From Chrysomallon squamiferum (taxonomy: Eukaryota > Animalia > Mollusca), in assembly GCA_012295275.1 (NCBI GenBank), contig CM022679.1, forward strand, positions 15,314,001-15,378,000: a DNA stretch of 64,000 bases, read 5' to 3'. Below, in pieces: positions 26,589 through 38,225 of this stretch (positions are counted from its first letter, which is position 1; every line of letters begins with the position of its first letter). Under the pieces are notes generated by a model, which searched no databases, was not told where the DNA came from, and saw only the letters and a list, made by a program, of their open reading frames with translations. A program made the translations under genes and the position numbers.

Positions 26589-26785
26589 CTTGGCTGAGTT
26601 AACAGTAGACTGTCTGTATCTAAACAATTTTAAATGGTAAGGGATCTGAATTAAGTAGCTTGAACCTTGAAGAAAATGTCCGTGCTAATCAGAGCAAGCT
26701 GTTGTGAAGAACGTTTTAAGTAGCGGGCTGTCTGCCTTTTTATGCTCCCAAGTTCATCGAATGGAAATTTCCGCATATCATGTGA
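26589..26785 (-). promoter_or_regulatory. Promoter and non-coding first exon of micro-protein copy B, with a 65-bp insertion
   Basis: TCATGTGA (26778-26785), GGAAATTTCC (26763-26772), CATAAAAAG (26744-26736) and donor AAG|GTAAAT at 26589. The insertion at 26660-26715 is flanked by TTAAGTAGC direct repeats. Confidence 0.6.
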
Positions 26786-26871
26786 TCCACTGAGTCCGTA
26801 TTTGGAAGAAGATAGATAATGTTCGTTGAAAGCAGATTGGTGACAAATTATATTTACATATAAATAAAATA

Positions 26872-27371
26872 AACCATCGGCCAACGAAACAGACTTAATG
26901 CATCTGCAGTGAGACTGGTTCAGCCTTCTTCAGTAGTTATTTTCATTCCCCACTTTGAAAAGAAAAACGCCTTGTTTCTTCTCTGTTTCATTTAGCTCAT
27001 CCCCAGGTTTTCTATTTCGTCATTTGTTCTGAAGACCTTGAACTACATATCCAATCTGTGTGTTCGACATTTTCTATGGCAGCTTTCAAACGTTAATTTT
27101 AGCCTATTTGTGCTTTTTATTATGAATGTGGAAATGTTAAAAAAAAAAATAATAATAAATATAATGTTTACGATTATATAATAATAATTATCGTTATAAT
27201 TGTAGGATTATTGACAACGATGGTGATGACGGCGGTGTTGGTGATGGTGATGACGGCGGTGTTGGTGATGATGAAAGGGGGTAATAGAAAGAAAGAAAAA
27301 GAAGAAAACATACACATATGATCTCAGACATACAAATACTAGCATAACAGTACTGATAGAGATATTATTCT
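26872..27371. repeat. Dispersed ~500-bp repeat R3, copy 1, followed by (GA)n
   Basis: AACCATCGGCCAACGAAACAGAC...CCCCAGGTTTTC...GTGGAAATGTTAA is near-identical to 48234-48695. Confidence 0.85.
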
Positions 27372-27452
<81 letters not shown>

Positions 27453-27599
27453 AGCCAGATAAAGAACTCTCAGTTTGCTTAGACTGTTTGACATCTAGGG
27501 TCCTCAGAAGGAAAGGAATTAACCAGGTTTCCAGTAACACTGGGAGCTAAGTGTAGGTAAGATTTTGTCGTTGTGCATGATTATGAAATTAAATTTATT

Positions 27600-27630
<31 letters not shown>

Positions 27631-27939
27631 TTTTTATTATTATTATATTTTTTTCAGCTGTAGGGGTTTCCGAGCAACAGGGAAACTCTTCGTAATCTAC
27701 TATTACTTTTACTACTGCTACTTATACTCACAACAGTTTAATACTATTACTACTTCTACAATTTACTACAATTTATTACTACCACTGTTACTGTTTAATA
27801 CAATTTATTACCGTTACTTCTGCTACTTCTACTCTTTACCACAATATTTACTACTATTATTACTACTACTTCTATTGTTTAGTACAGTTTACTGCAACTT
27901 CTGTTTCTGCTATTTATTTCCGTTTTTCTGTTACTGCCA

Positions 27940-28510
27940 CTACAACTATTACTACTACTTCTACTACTACCATTACTCCTGTTTATAACAACTTATTGCT
28001 ACTACTACTACTATTTATAACAACTTTTTGCTACTACTACTACTATTTATAACAATTTATTACTACTACTTCTACTATTTATAACAATTTATTACTACTA
28101 CTACTACTATTTATAACAATTTATTGCTACTACTTCTACTATTTATAACAACTTATTGCTACTACTTCTACTATTTATAACAACTTATTGTTACTACTAC
28201 TATTTATAACAATTTATTACTACTACTGCTACTATTTATTACAATTTATTACTGCTACTTCTACTATTTATAACAATTTATTACTATTACTATTACTATT
28301 TATAACAATTTATTACTATTACTATTTGTAACAATTTTTACTACTACTTTACTATTTCTAACAATTTATTAGTACTACTACTATTTATAACAATTTATTA
28401 TAACTATTTCTAACAATTTATTATTACTACTACTACTATTTATAACAATTTATTACAACTAACACTAAATGGTTATAAATTGTTATAAATAGTAGAAGTA
28501 GTAGTAATAA
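27940..28510. repeat. (ACT)n-TATTTATAACAATTTATT variable minisatellite ending in an inverted unit
   Basis: A ~27-33-bp unit is repeated many times; 28472-28510 is the reverse complement of the unit. Confidence 0.8.
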
Positions 28511-30798
28511 TCCTTTTGAAATTAATGCTGTTTCTTTTATTATTATTATTACTTATTATTTATTTATTATTTATTTATTTAACCCTTTTGTCCTTTAAGT
28601 ATAATAAATAACAAAAAGGGCGAATAATCTAAAGGAGGTAATATTCATACACAGTACGCATCTTTGACTCGACGTTTTTGTTACAGCAAACATGTATAAT
28701 TTCTGAAAGTTACAGACAATAATCATTAACTACAAATAATGGTGCCCGAGTTGGTGATGGTTCATGGTAACACCAGGCATCTATGTAAGCAAGGATTCAC
28801 AGAAATAACAACTTCTGATATTAAAGATTGTGTGTTTGTTAGGAGATAACAATATAACTGAATGGACTATTGGACTCAAAGTTGTTCAGTTTCAGAATTT
28901 CAGTCTTCGCAATGGAAATTAAGTGTTCCCCATTTGTTACACTATTGGGTTTTGGTGCTATCCCTGGCCTGTCATAATCTAGCTTCCTTCCTGAAATTCT
29001 CATTCGATTGCAGTCAGAGGATAATTTTCTTGTAGCCATTGCGCTGCCACTTTCCTGAGTGAATCAGATATAGTTTTGATTAACAGTGGATGTGATTTAT
29101 GATTTTAAAAATATATATTTACATCCAGGTGAAACTGACATGTTTTAATTAAACACTCCGATTAGAAAACGCAGTCACTGATTTACATACTTCATATAAT
29201 CATAACCGTTTTCCAACTTACATAATAATAAATTTAATAATATAACAAAGGCCTTATAAACAAACTTTTCTTTATTCACTTATATTAAATAAATAAATAA
29301 ATAAATAAATAAAAATAAATAAATAAATAATAATAAAATAATAATAATAATAATAAATTTAAAAACAAAAATGATAATAATAGTAGTAAAAACGTAAAAA
29401 CAAATCATATTAAAAAGACATTTACCAATAATATAAAACAAAGCAACGTAGTAACAATGCATTACAAGAAGCATGTGGTTATTACATGATAACAATGTAC
29501 ACACAGACACATGTAGACAATACAGTTAAATACACGAATCCAGTTCTTTGCACTTACAATAATTATATGCTTTCATACTGGATTTCTAATTTATGCGGAT
29601 TTCCGTTTTTGTTTGTTTGTTTGTTTATTTAGTATTTTTTTCTTCTTTATTTCTTCTTCTTCATTTTATTCTCCGCAGTGACGGACGTGTTTTCTGTTCT
29701 CGAAATTACAGACTCTTTCCTATTGCAGTCTGTATAAGCTTATGATATGTACTGGAGAATTAACATTGATATAATTTATAGGCAGCTTTGATGGCAACAT
29801 ACAGAGACACACATAGAAACACATCCAAATATATGTATTCATAATTCGTTTAATACAGTATGTATTAAATTATAGGATTAAAAAATAATAAAAAAAAAAA
29901 AAAAAAAAATCACCTCCAGGAAATTTGTTACTGGAATAAAATGCATATTAAAAACATGATACAAATATACGTATATGGCATGTCTATAGAGATGCACCCG
30001 GCTTACACCCCTGGCCAACAACATCAGATATAAAGTAATAACAAATTATATTAAAAAGAAATTTACTAATAATATAAAGCAAAGCAATGTAGTGTTGTTG
30101 TTTTTCCCCTCTTTACAAGAACACATTCTATTATTTTATCTGAACAGTAATATCTGGTATAATATTTGAACCCTCTCCTTTTTCGAAAACTGAGAAATTT
30201 GAATAAATTCATTTTATTAATTTTATTTTAATGTATCATATGATTTTTGCACAAGATCTTTTTTCTTTTTTCGCTCATCATTAAAAATTTAAACATAACA
30301 TATGCATTTCTCGTTAAGGTGTAAGCTATATACACATTCTGGTAAATGTCGAAATAATATAAGATAAATTAAAGTACAGTAAGGGAACAATAAACAGAAA
30401 ATTATTAAAAATAAAATAATAAAATAAAATAAATAAATAAAACTAACAGAAAAAGTTGAAAATATTATATTGATATATACATAAATATATAGTAGTTTCG
30501 CTGTTGTTTTTTGGTTTTTTCTTTTTTGTTGTTTGCAATTTTTGTTATTTTTTAAATCGTATGAAGCGCGCGCGTTTGTGCGTGCGTAATTATGTCTCGG
30601 TTCTCTGTAAATAACGTCCACAACAACACGTCATTTCTTCTTTTCTTTCTTTTCTTTCTTTCTTTCTTTTTTTTTTTTTTTTTTTGAATTATTAAAATAC
30701 TTGGCTATCGCTCTTTATATCAACAGCTTTCACATTCATTTATTTTAAAAATGATTTTTTTTTCTCTTTATTTTTGCTTTCCTGTAGTAAAGTGTCTT

Positions 30799-32447
30799 TC
30801 ATGAAATAACAATGCTAACAACTGTCACTACTATAAGCAGTACGAGAGATAAGCTACAATATGAAGTCTGTGAACTTGGAACAAACTCGCTGTCATCATC
30901 ACTGCTGGACACGATGCCCCAGTGCCAGTTAGGTTTGCGTGGCTTCAGGTACCAGGGATGTTTCGGTGGTACGGCGCCCACGTCGACTTCGTCGTGACCA
31001 ATAGCGATATCTGCGCAGCCGTAGAACTGCTCCTGCTGGCCACACCCAATACAGGACGTGCCGTCTGGGTCGGTGCCCCAGCTGTTGCCTGCGTTGTACT
31101 TCCACTGGAAGACGCACGCTCTGCACGTGACGTCTTTCGGAAGCTGCAGTTTCACTCGGATCGTTTGGTCACCTCCGACATTTGTCGGAACCTTGAAGCG
31201 AACTTCGTCGGTTCCCGCCAGCCGTAGTACGTGCTTGTTGAGGCAGTCGTGGGTGATTTTTTCAAACGGAATGTCGTTCTGACAGAGACGGAACTCGAAG
31301 TATCCTTTGTGGTTGGCTGTGAGCTGGACCCCGGCCTCCATCACCTGGCCCGGCTTGTACTTCTTCACAATGATCCCGTTCGCGTATTTTCCTCCGGGTT
31401 CGTTTTCGTGCGGTCCTTGCCAAGGGTCCCCGCAGACGCCGCATTTACCGCCGTTTAACCCGTACTGAACCTGAAATAAAATTAAACCAAACATTAGTAA
31501 TAGTCTGAAGTTGAGCCCGGTCGTCAGAATATCGGTTTCACAAACTACATACAAAGAATGTATCACGTTTACAGTCTGTTCTTAACTACTGGCATGTTTA
31601 GAGGGGACGATTGTACTTAATAATCCTGTAGTCTAAGTATGTCACATTAACTTATTATAATCTTATTCAACTGGGTTTACGCGTCCTGCACAAAATACTG
31701 GGCACAAAATGGTTTCAAAGTGGATTGCTAAGTTTAAGTGAATTTTTATGACAATCGACAGAAAGTCTGATTCACATATGCGAATTCGACCATGGACTTT
31801 GGAATGTTTCTGGAAATTATTATCATTCAGTTATTTTGATTACTACTACTACTATATACTTTAATATTTTTTTAGATAAATCATTAAATGTATAATTATG
31901 AACACGTATATTTAGTTTGATTTCTAAAATCTGTCTAATGTTTTACTCAAAATAAATACCATGGACTATTTACTATTTGTTTCGTAAAATGTCAGATAGT
32001 CTGGTGTTAATTTTAAACAAAACAACAACAACAGCAGCAACAAAGAACAATAATAATAAAGAACTGCTCTGAATATGACCTGAACAATATTCTCTTTTTT
32101 CTTTTAAAAAATTCTCTTCACATTTGTTTAAATAAAAAATAAAAAAATAGTCTAAAAATATGTTTGCAGAAGCTATGTTGATCCAGATTAAATAGTGATT
32201 CCAGGTGAAATCTGTATTTATGGAAATACTCAAACACGGCCACTTTTGTGGAATAACTGAATGATATGGATGAATTCTGATCGTGTAAACATGTCTTCAA
32301 GCAAATATTTTTCGCATAAAATCTCCACATTTTGTAAAACACGTGGTCGTAAAGGACTAAAGAATCGTGAATGAACCCAGACATGAGTGATATTTGTCAC
32401 AAATAAAATATAATTTCTTGATTTTGTGACCAGTTTATCTTCATCTG

Positions 32448-32524
<77 letters not shown>

Positions 32525-33144
32525 AAACATTTTATTTTCCACTTTAATTACTTCGTACAAAAAAAAAAAAAAATTAAAAAATGAAATTATATAATAAAAT
32601 AGAAAACTTTTTTGTATTACCGCGTTAACGCATTATGTTTTATCTTTGTGTGTAATTGCAGCTGGAATGTCTGTTCAGGGTGGAAACTATCAGTGCTAGA
32701 CACACGTCTACTAACCAGCTTGTTTTCTCTGGTTACATTTACAGCTGAACAGGTTAAAACGTATCACTGCTTTACACTCTTGACTGGGTTTTCTAAGACT
32801 TATTTTATGGACGCTGCTGTATAATGTTCCTGTTTGGAGTCCGTATTTTATTTTATTTTATTTTATTTTTTTTTTTTTAATAATATTATACTTTTCAACT
32901 TGCAGACGTAACTGTACTTATGTCTGTACATAAGTTATTCTGTGAAGCTGATAATGACAATAAGGAGTCAAAGTAAGATGAAGATGATGATGGTGAAAGT
33001 AATTTTACTGATGGTGGTAACAGTTATGACGATGTGATATATTTCAAAATACAAACAGTCATGTTTTAACTTTACAGATCTCTTCACTGCTTTTAAATTT
33101 GTAAATTACTACTAATAATAATATGAATAAGAATAAGCAGAATA

Positions 33145-33178
<34 letters not shown>

Positions 33179-34356
33179 TAATAATAGTAATAATATTATA
33201 ATAATAATAATGTTGATAATGATATAATCATGATAATGAGGAGGAAGATGATGATGATAATAATGAAAAAGTAAAAAAACTCTTATTCTGCTTTCGGTTG
33301 ATGTTACATAATCGATTTAGGAACAATGCGCTCAGCCTCTGAATGTTAGAAAGAAACCAGGCCAAGGTCATTATATACAGAGGTAATCAGGTATTGCGGT
33401 AGTTTTTTCTACGAAATGGGAAGACACCCTACCACCACCACTACTGCTATTATTACTACTAATAAAAATACTATCACTATTACTCCTGTCACTACTACTA
33501 TTAACAACACTACTGCTGCTACTATCACCACTACTACACCTACTGCTAATAGCACTAACACTACTACTGTTACTGATGCAACTACTATAGGCAAATGACA
33601 TTTAACAGATAGCTATTGTTGATTCTTTATACAGATCAGAGATGAATAAACATAAAAGTGTCTGGACACATCATACAAATACAAATACAGTTATGATTTT
33701 CTAGTGGCAAATTCAGATAATCAGACCTTTTAAATAAATAAATAATAATAAGAAGAAACAAATAATAATAAAAATAATTTAAAAAAATAAAAATAAAAAA
33801 TAAACCAAGGATTTAAAAAATAAAAAGAAGAAGAAAAAAAGAAACTTAGTTAAATGCTTTGAAATTTTTGTTTTTCAATAGTTTTTGATAATATAATCTG
33901 AAAAAACCCCACTAACCCCCCCCCAAAAAATCTGAATCATTTATAAGTAACTCCCCGTTTCAGAACTAATTTTATAGTCGTGATTAATTGATACCTAATT
34001 ATTACCAATTTTACCTTTTCCGAATTTTCTCTGAGGTAACAGTATGAGTTACTAGATTTTGTCATTGCATGGCAGATTGTGTAGTACACAATAACACACA
34101 GCTAAGTACTGAGTAAAATTATTTTTCACTCTTTTTTTTCATTCTTTTTTTTTTATCTGTTTTTAATTAATTAATTAATTTACTTATTTATTTATTTATT
34201 ATTTATTTGTTTGTTTATAATTTGATAATTATTTTATTATTATTATATATTTTTCTGTTTTCCCTTCTTAATCCGTCTGTATCATACACAAACAATAACA
34301 ACAGTGACACCACCACCCAGTGTTTTTAACAGATTCTCCAGCGTTCCCTGTATTTA

Positions 34357-34448
<92 letters not shown>

Positions 34449-36813
34449 AGCAGTCTCAAAACTGGAGTCAAACAGAACAACTGCTATCGTTCGTTTGATG
34501 GGCACCTATCTGGTCAAAGATTCTGTGTGTTTGTTTTTTTGGCGGGGACATCAAACAGTTGTAATAATGCGGCGGAGAGGAAATAAATAATTGAGGCAAA
34601 CAGTTACAGGTGAAACGTGGGCGGGTCCAGCACTGACCTGTCTTTTGTCCTAATCAGTGTGCTGCAGGAATTAACACTCGAGTAAGAGAGTCATGTGTGA
34701 ATCTTTTAATAAAATCTTTTGTATAAATATATGTAGAGGTGTGTGTGTGTGTGTGTGTGTGAGTGTGAGAGAGAGAGAGAGAGAGAGAGATTTGTTTTTG
34801 AAAAATGTTTTCATTGTTACCTCTATTATTATTACTATTACTATTATTGTTATTATAATTATTATTGTTATTATTATTATTATTGTTATTATTATTACTA
34901 TTGTTATTATTATTATTATTACTACTGTTATTATTATTGTTGTTGTTGTTATTATTATTATTATTATTATTGCTATTTTTATTATTAATATTATTATTTT
35001 TTTTATTATTATTATTATTATTACTGATAACTTTGTTAGTTTCATGTTTCATTAATGTTTTGTTTTTTCTTGTTATTATTATTATTGTTGTTGTTGTTGT
35101 TCTCATTATTTCTATTTAAAATCTCGGTTAGAAAATTCTTATTCTTATTTTTCGAAATTAAAAGAACGTTAATTGTTAGACACGTCTATAAAATCTACCC
35201 TTTTCAAGATGTTAACATTGAAAAATATTTAAAGTGTCGACAAAAAACACATTAATAAAAGTTGTTTTTTAACTTGACATCGGAAGCTTGATAATCGCAT
35301 ATTTTAGCATTAGAGTACAATGTATACAGAAGAAATGGGTTTCTTCCATAAAAAAGAGAAAGTACATTAAAGGAATTTCTGGCATTTTATTTTTCAGTGA
35401 TTAAATTTTTATAATGTCACCTTGAAAATTTGTTCTATTTGTATTAACATACAAACCATCACCTACATCAAAACAACAAAAATATTTTTTTTCTTTGTCT
35501 ATTTATGTTAATGTTTATTCTTAAATCTTCCGATCGTGTCAGCCATTTTTTTCTGTAACTGCTACGAAATGTCACATGACCTTGATACGGAAACCACGTA
35601 CAGTAACGTAGCACGTATGTTACCATGCTTGGCTCTTTAATTCTTTTCAAGTCCGAATTCAACAAAAAATAGAAATTACCATTTGAAATGTCTCGCTATT
35701 TAATGTGTGCTTTCATGTATAAGAGATACATTCCTGATTTGTATATTGTGATAGCATCATACTGCAAACATTCCTGGCTAAAGCAAATATAGCCTGTACA
35801 CAAAAGTGATTCATAGCGGAAATAGTTTTCTAATCGCCCTACGTATAGGTATTATGGACAGACTGTGCTGGGTTTTTATTTATTTTATAAACAAAGACTG
35901 TTGCTAAAAGATGGAGTAAAACAGACGGACACAAAAACAGTCATGTTATTTCTGACACAAATAAACCCACATTTAAAAGCTATTTACTCTTTATTTAATT
36001 ACAGCAACAACTTCAGGTACTATCATTATTACTACTATTACCACTACTACAAACTACAACTACTACCACTAGTATAACCACTACTGCTACTACTACTATC
36101 ATTATTGTTTTTGTTATTCGTTTATTCGCTTTTATATTGTAAAAATTACTAATTATTTATTAGCTTTTTTCTTTCTTCGGTTCATTCATTTCTGTCCTTA
36201 TTTATCCAGTTGTTAATTAACTTTAGATTGATCCTATATTTCAATATACTTACTTCTTGAAAACATATTCATTTTTAATCTTTTAACACATTCCCACATA
36301 CATACATACATATATACATATATACGTACAGACATGAACTGCATAAATGATTAAATAAATATGTGGTGTGAACTATCCACCTGTAAGTGCCCCACCCCCA
36401 GCACACCAACAACACACACGTACACAAATATATACACACACACTCATATTACGACCATAACATACAAATACTAAAGCACAGAACCTTCCTGATAATTTTT
36501 TCAAACGGTATTAAAATAAACATTAATTTTTATTTTTAATGAAAGTAAACCATAACAACAACAAATAAATAAATAAATAAATAAATAAATAAACAAACAA
36601 ACAAATCCTAATACTTACTGAAACACCTCCACAAAAAAGCTGATTATCATCGTAGTTTGGCGGAGTTTTGAACCCGAACCTCCACATACTGGAACGAGAC
36701 GGAGGGTCCACCAGACGACCATGCCCGTGCACTGCGCGAGCAACTAGCACGAGCAGAAGAGGAACGATCTCAGTAAGAAGCGGGAGAAATAGTTCGTCCT
36801 TAACGGCCAGCAT
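30799..36813 (-). CDS. AA15-type lytic polysaccharide monooxygenase (chitin-binding type-4 domain), 2 exons, 288 aa, with signal peptide and hydrophobic C-terminal tail
   Basis: Exon 1 at 36813-36619 (MLAVKDE..LLLVLVARAVHG|HGRLVDPPSRSSMWRFGFKTPPNYDDNQLFCGGVS, GTAAGT donor). Exon 2 at 31470-30799 (TTTCAG acceptor; VQYGLNGGKCGVCGDPW..LTANHKGYFEFRLC..CVFQWKYNAGNSWG..CIGCGQQEQFYGCADIAI). The N-terminal His and the second His of the His-brace are present; the intron is phase 0. Confidence 0.93.
32522..33645 (+). repeat. Dispersed repeat R1, copy in the LPMO intron (inverted relative to 45283-46135)
   Basis: TTGTATTACCGCGTTAACGCATTATG...CAGATCTCTTCA and the ACT-rich tail ..GGCAAATGACATTTAACA..ATCAGAGATGA are reverse complements of 45283-46135. 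The ORF track shows near-identical peptides at 32612(+) and 45811(-). Confidence 0.9.
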
Positions 36814-37892
36814 TTTACCTTTTACATTAATGAGGCACGAAATCACAAGTTATATTTTGTAAGCTGCACGGAAGTTATCTCGGCAATTCGCAATCCGCGC
36901 TAGGAATGTAACATTTCACTAAGATGTAGACTTGCTGACCTGTGGCGGTAATTTCTTGCTGTTAGAAATCGTCAGAGACGGTCTGCCGCCCACTGACAAC
37001 ACGTGCCAAAAATAAAATAAAAAAATCACTCGATAAATAACTGTTGATTTAATTCTGTTCGATGTATTCGGTTACAATATTATCTTCTTCATGTTGTAGC
37101 TAACTTCTTTAATTTGGTTGAATTTACTGAGACTGGGGTGAATATTTAAATTCTGATTAAACAAACGAACGTCTCTATCAAAAAAGAACTGAGATTATAT
37201 TCCAGAGTCGCACAAACATAATAACAAACAGTTCGTTTTAGTGTTCTGTGTTGCTGAACTTTTCTAGAAAACCTTTTTCGAGATTTCGCCTACAGAAATC
37301 AATGCATAAACCTGTTTTTGAAACGCAACTGAATTACGGCAACAGAAAATGATCTGAGCACCGATCAACGACAAACGGTGTTCTGATCTGAGACGCTCTC
37401 GTCTCTTACTCTCCTTTGATAGATGCAGAATGATCAACAGAAACAGCTATCTTTGGTATTTTTACAATTGTTTATCGCATCAAGCCAACTATCCTTTCTG
37501 CCCTGACCTAACAAAGAGCGCCACTGTTCAGATCTGGCCCAGCTTTCGCTGTCTCAGCCCAAGTGTTTGTCTGGCGGCCAACTTCAAATATTTACACTTT
37601 ACCTGCACGTTCGCCTTCGTTTGGACGGGAGGGAGGAGCCGATTGTGAAAAATCAATTGGAAAATACGACATAGTTTATTTTCATGCCTTGAGGCCTGTC
37701 TGTGTTTTCAACACGGCAAACCGTCACGAGGAAGTGGATGTGGTTGTGTATCAGCAACACAGCAGACTAATCTCACACCGCACCACGTTGTGATGACGTT
37801 CACTGCAATGTTATTAAAATTCTTTCTCACTGATCAGTAGGGATACATTTTTCTTTTTTAATAGCATAGATGGTAAAACAGTGCTTAAGCTA

Positions 37893-37893
<1 letters not shown>

Positions 37894-37984
<91 letters not shown>

Positions 37985-37985
37985 G
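37894..37985. repeat. (TATC)n microsatellite, representative of many (GA)n, (CA)n, (TAA)n, (TAC)n and (TATG)n tracts in the window
   Basis: Directly visible tandem repeat. Confidence 0.95.
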
Positions 37986-38144
37986 ATCTGTCTATCTACA
38001 TATCTATCTATCTATCTATATATCTATATATATATTTTATCTATCTATCTAGGATTATCTATCTATCTATCTAATCTATATTATTTAGATTCCTTCTAAT
38101 TGATCAATAGAGAAATATATATATATATATATATATTTTAAGGA

Positions 38145-38225
38145 TTATTTCGCAAACCTGGTTATTTCGCAAACCTGGTTATTTCGTAAACCTGATTATT
38201 TCGCAAACCTGGTTATTTCGCAAAC
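38145..38225. repeat. 17-bp minisatellite TTATTTCGCAAACCTGG, ~4.7 copies
   Basis: Directly visible tandem repeat with 2 substitutions. Confidence 0.9.

Larger units (their letters stand above)
24124..27640. repeat. Segmental duplication unit, copy 2 (direct copy of ~13127-16620)
   Basis: Starts where the inverted IFT27 copy ends (ATTTTCAAAAAA.. matches 13127). Same order of blocks as copy 1, with indels. Confidence 0.9.

Noticed and set aside
28839-29039. 66-aa ORF MATRKLSSDC... as a gene
   Set aside because: No recognisable motif, paralog or convincing splice/promoter context. It cannot be supported without a search.
31471-31566. N-terminal extension of the 255-aa ORF (MIHSLYVV...) and the GTG-started extensions of the LPMO, atonal and SLC5 ORFs
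   Set aside because: Intronic read-through upstream of the TTTCAG acceptor, or non-ATG starts chosen by the ORF caller. True starts were taken at 36813, 52734 and 62025.
32612-32824. Near-identical 70-aa ORFs at 32612(+) and 45811(-) as a duplicated gene
   Set aside because: Both start at TTG, lie inside dispersed repeat R1, and have no recognisable domain or splice context.
34654-35255. Long low-complexity ORFs (poly-N, poly-I, poly-L, ER/SL repeats) here and at 7056, 27208, 47098, 48601, 57642 and 58019
   Set aside because: Translations of microsatellites.
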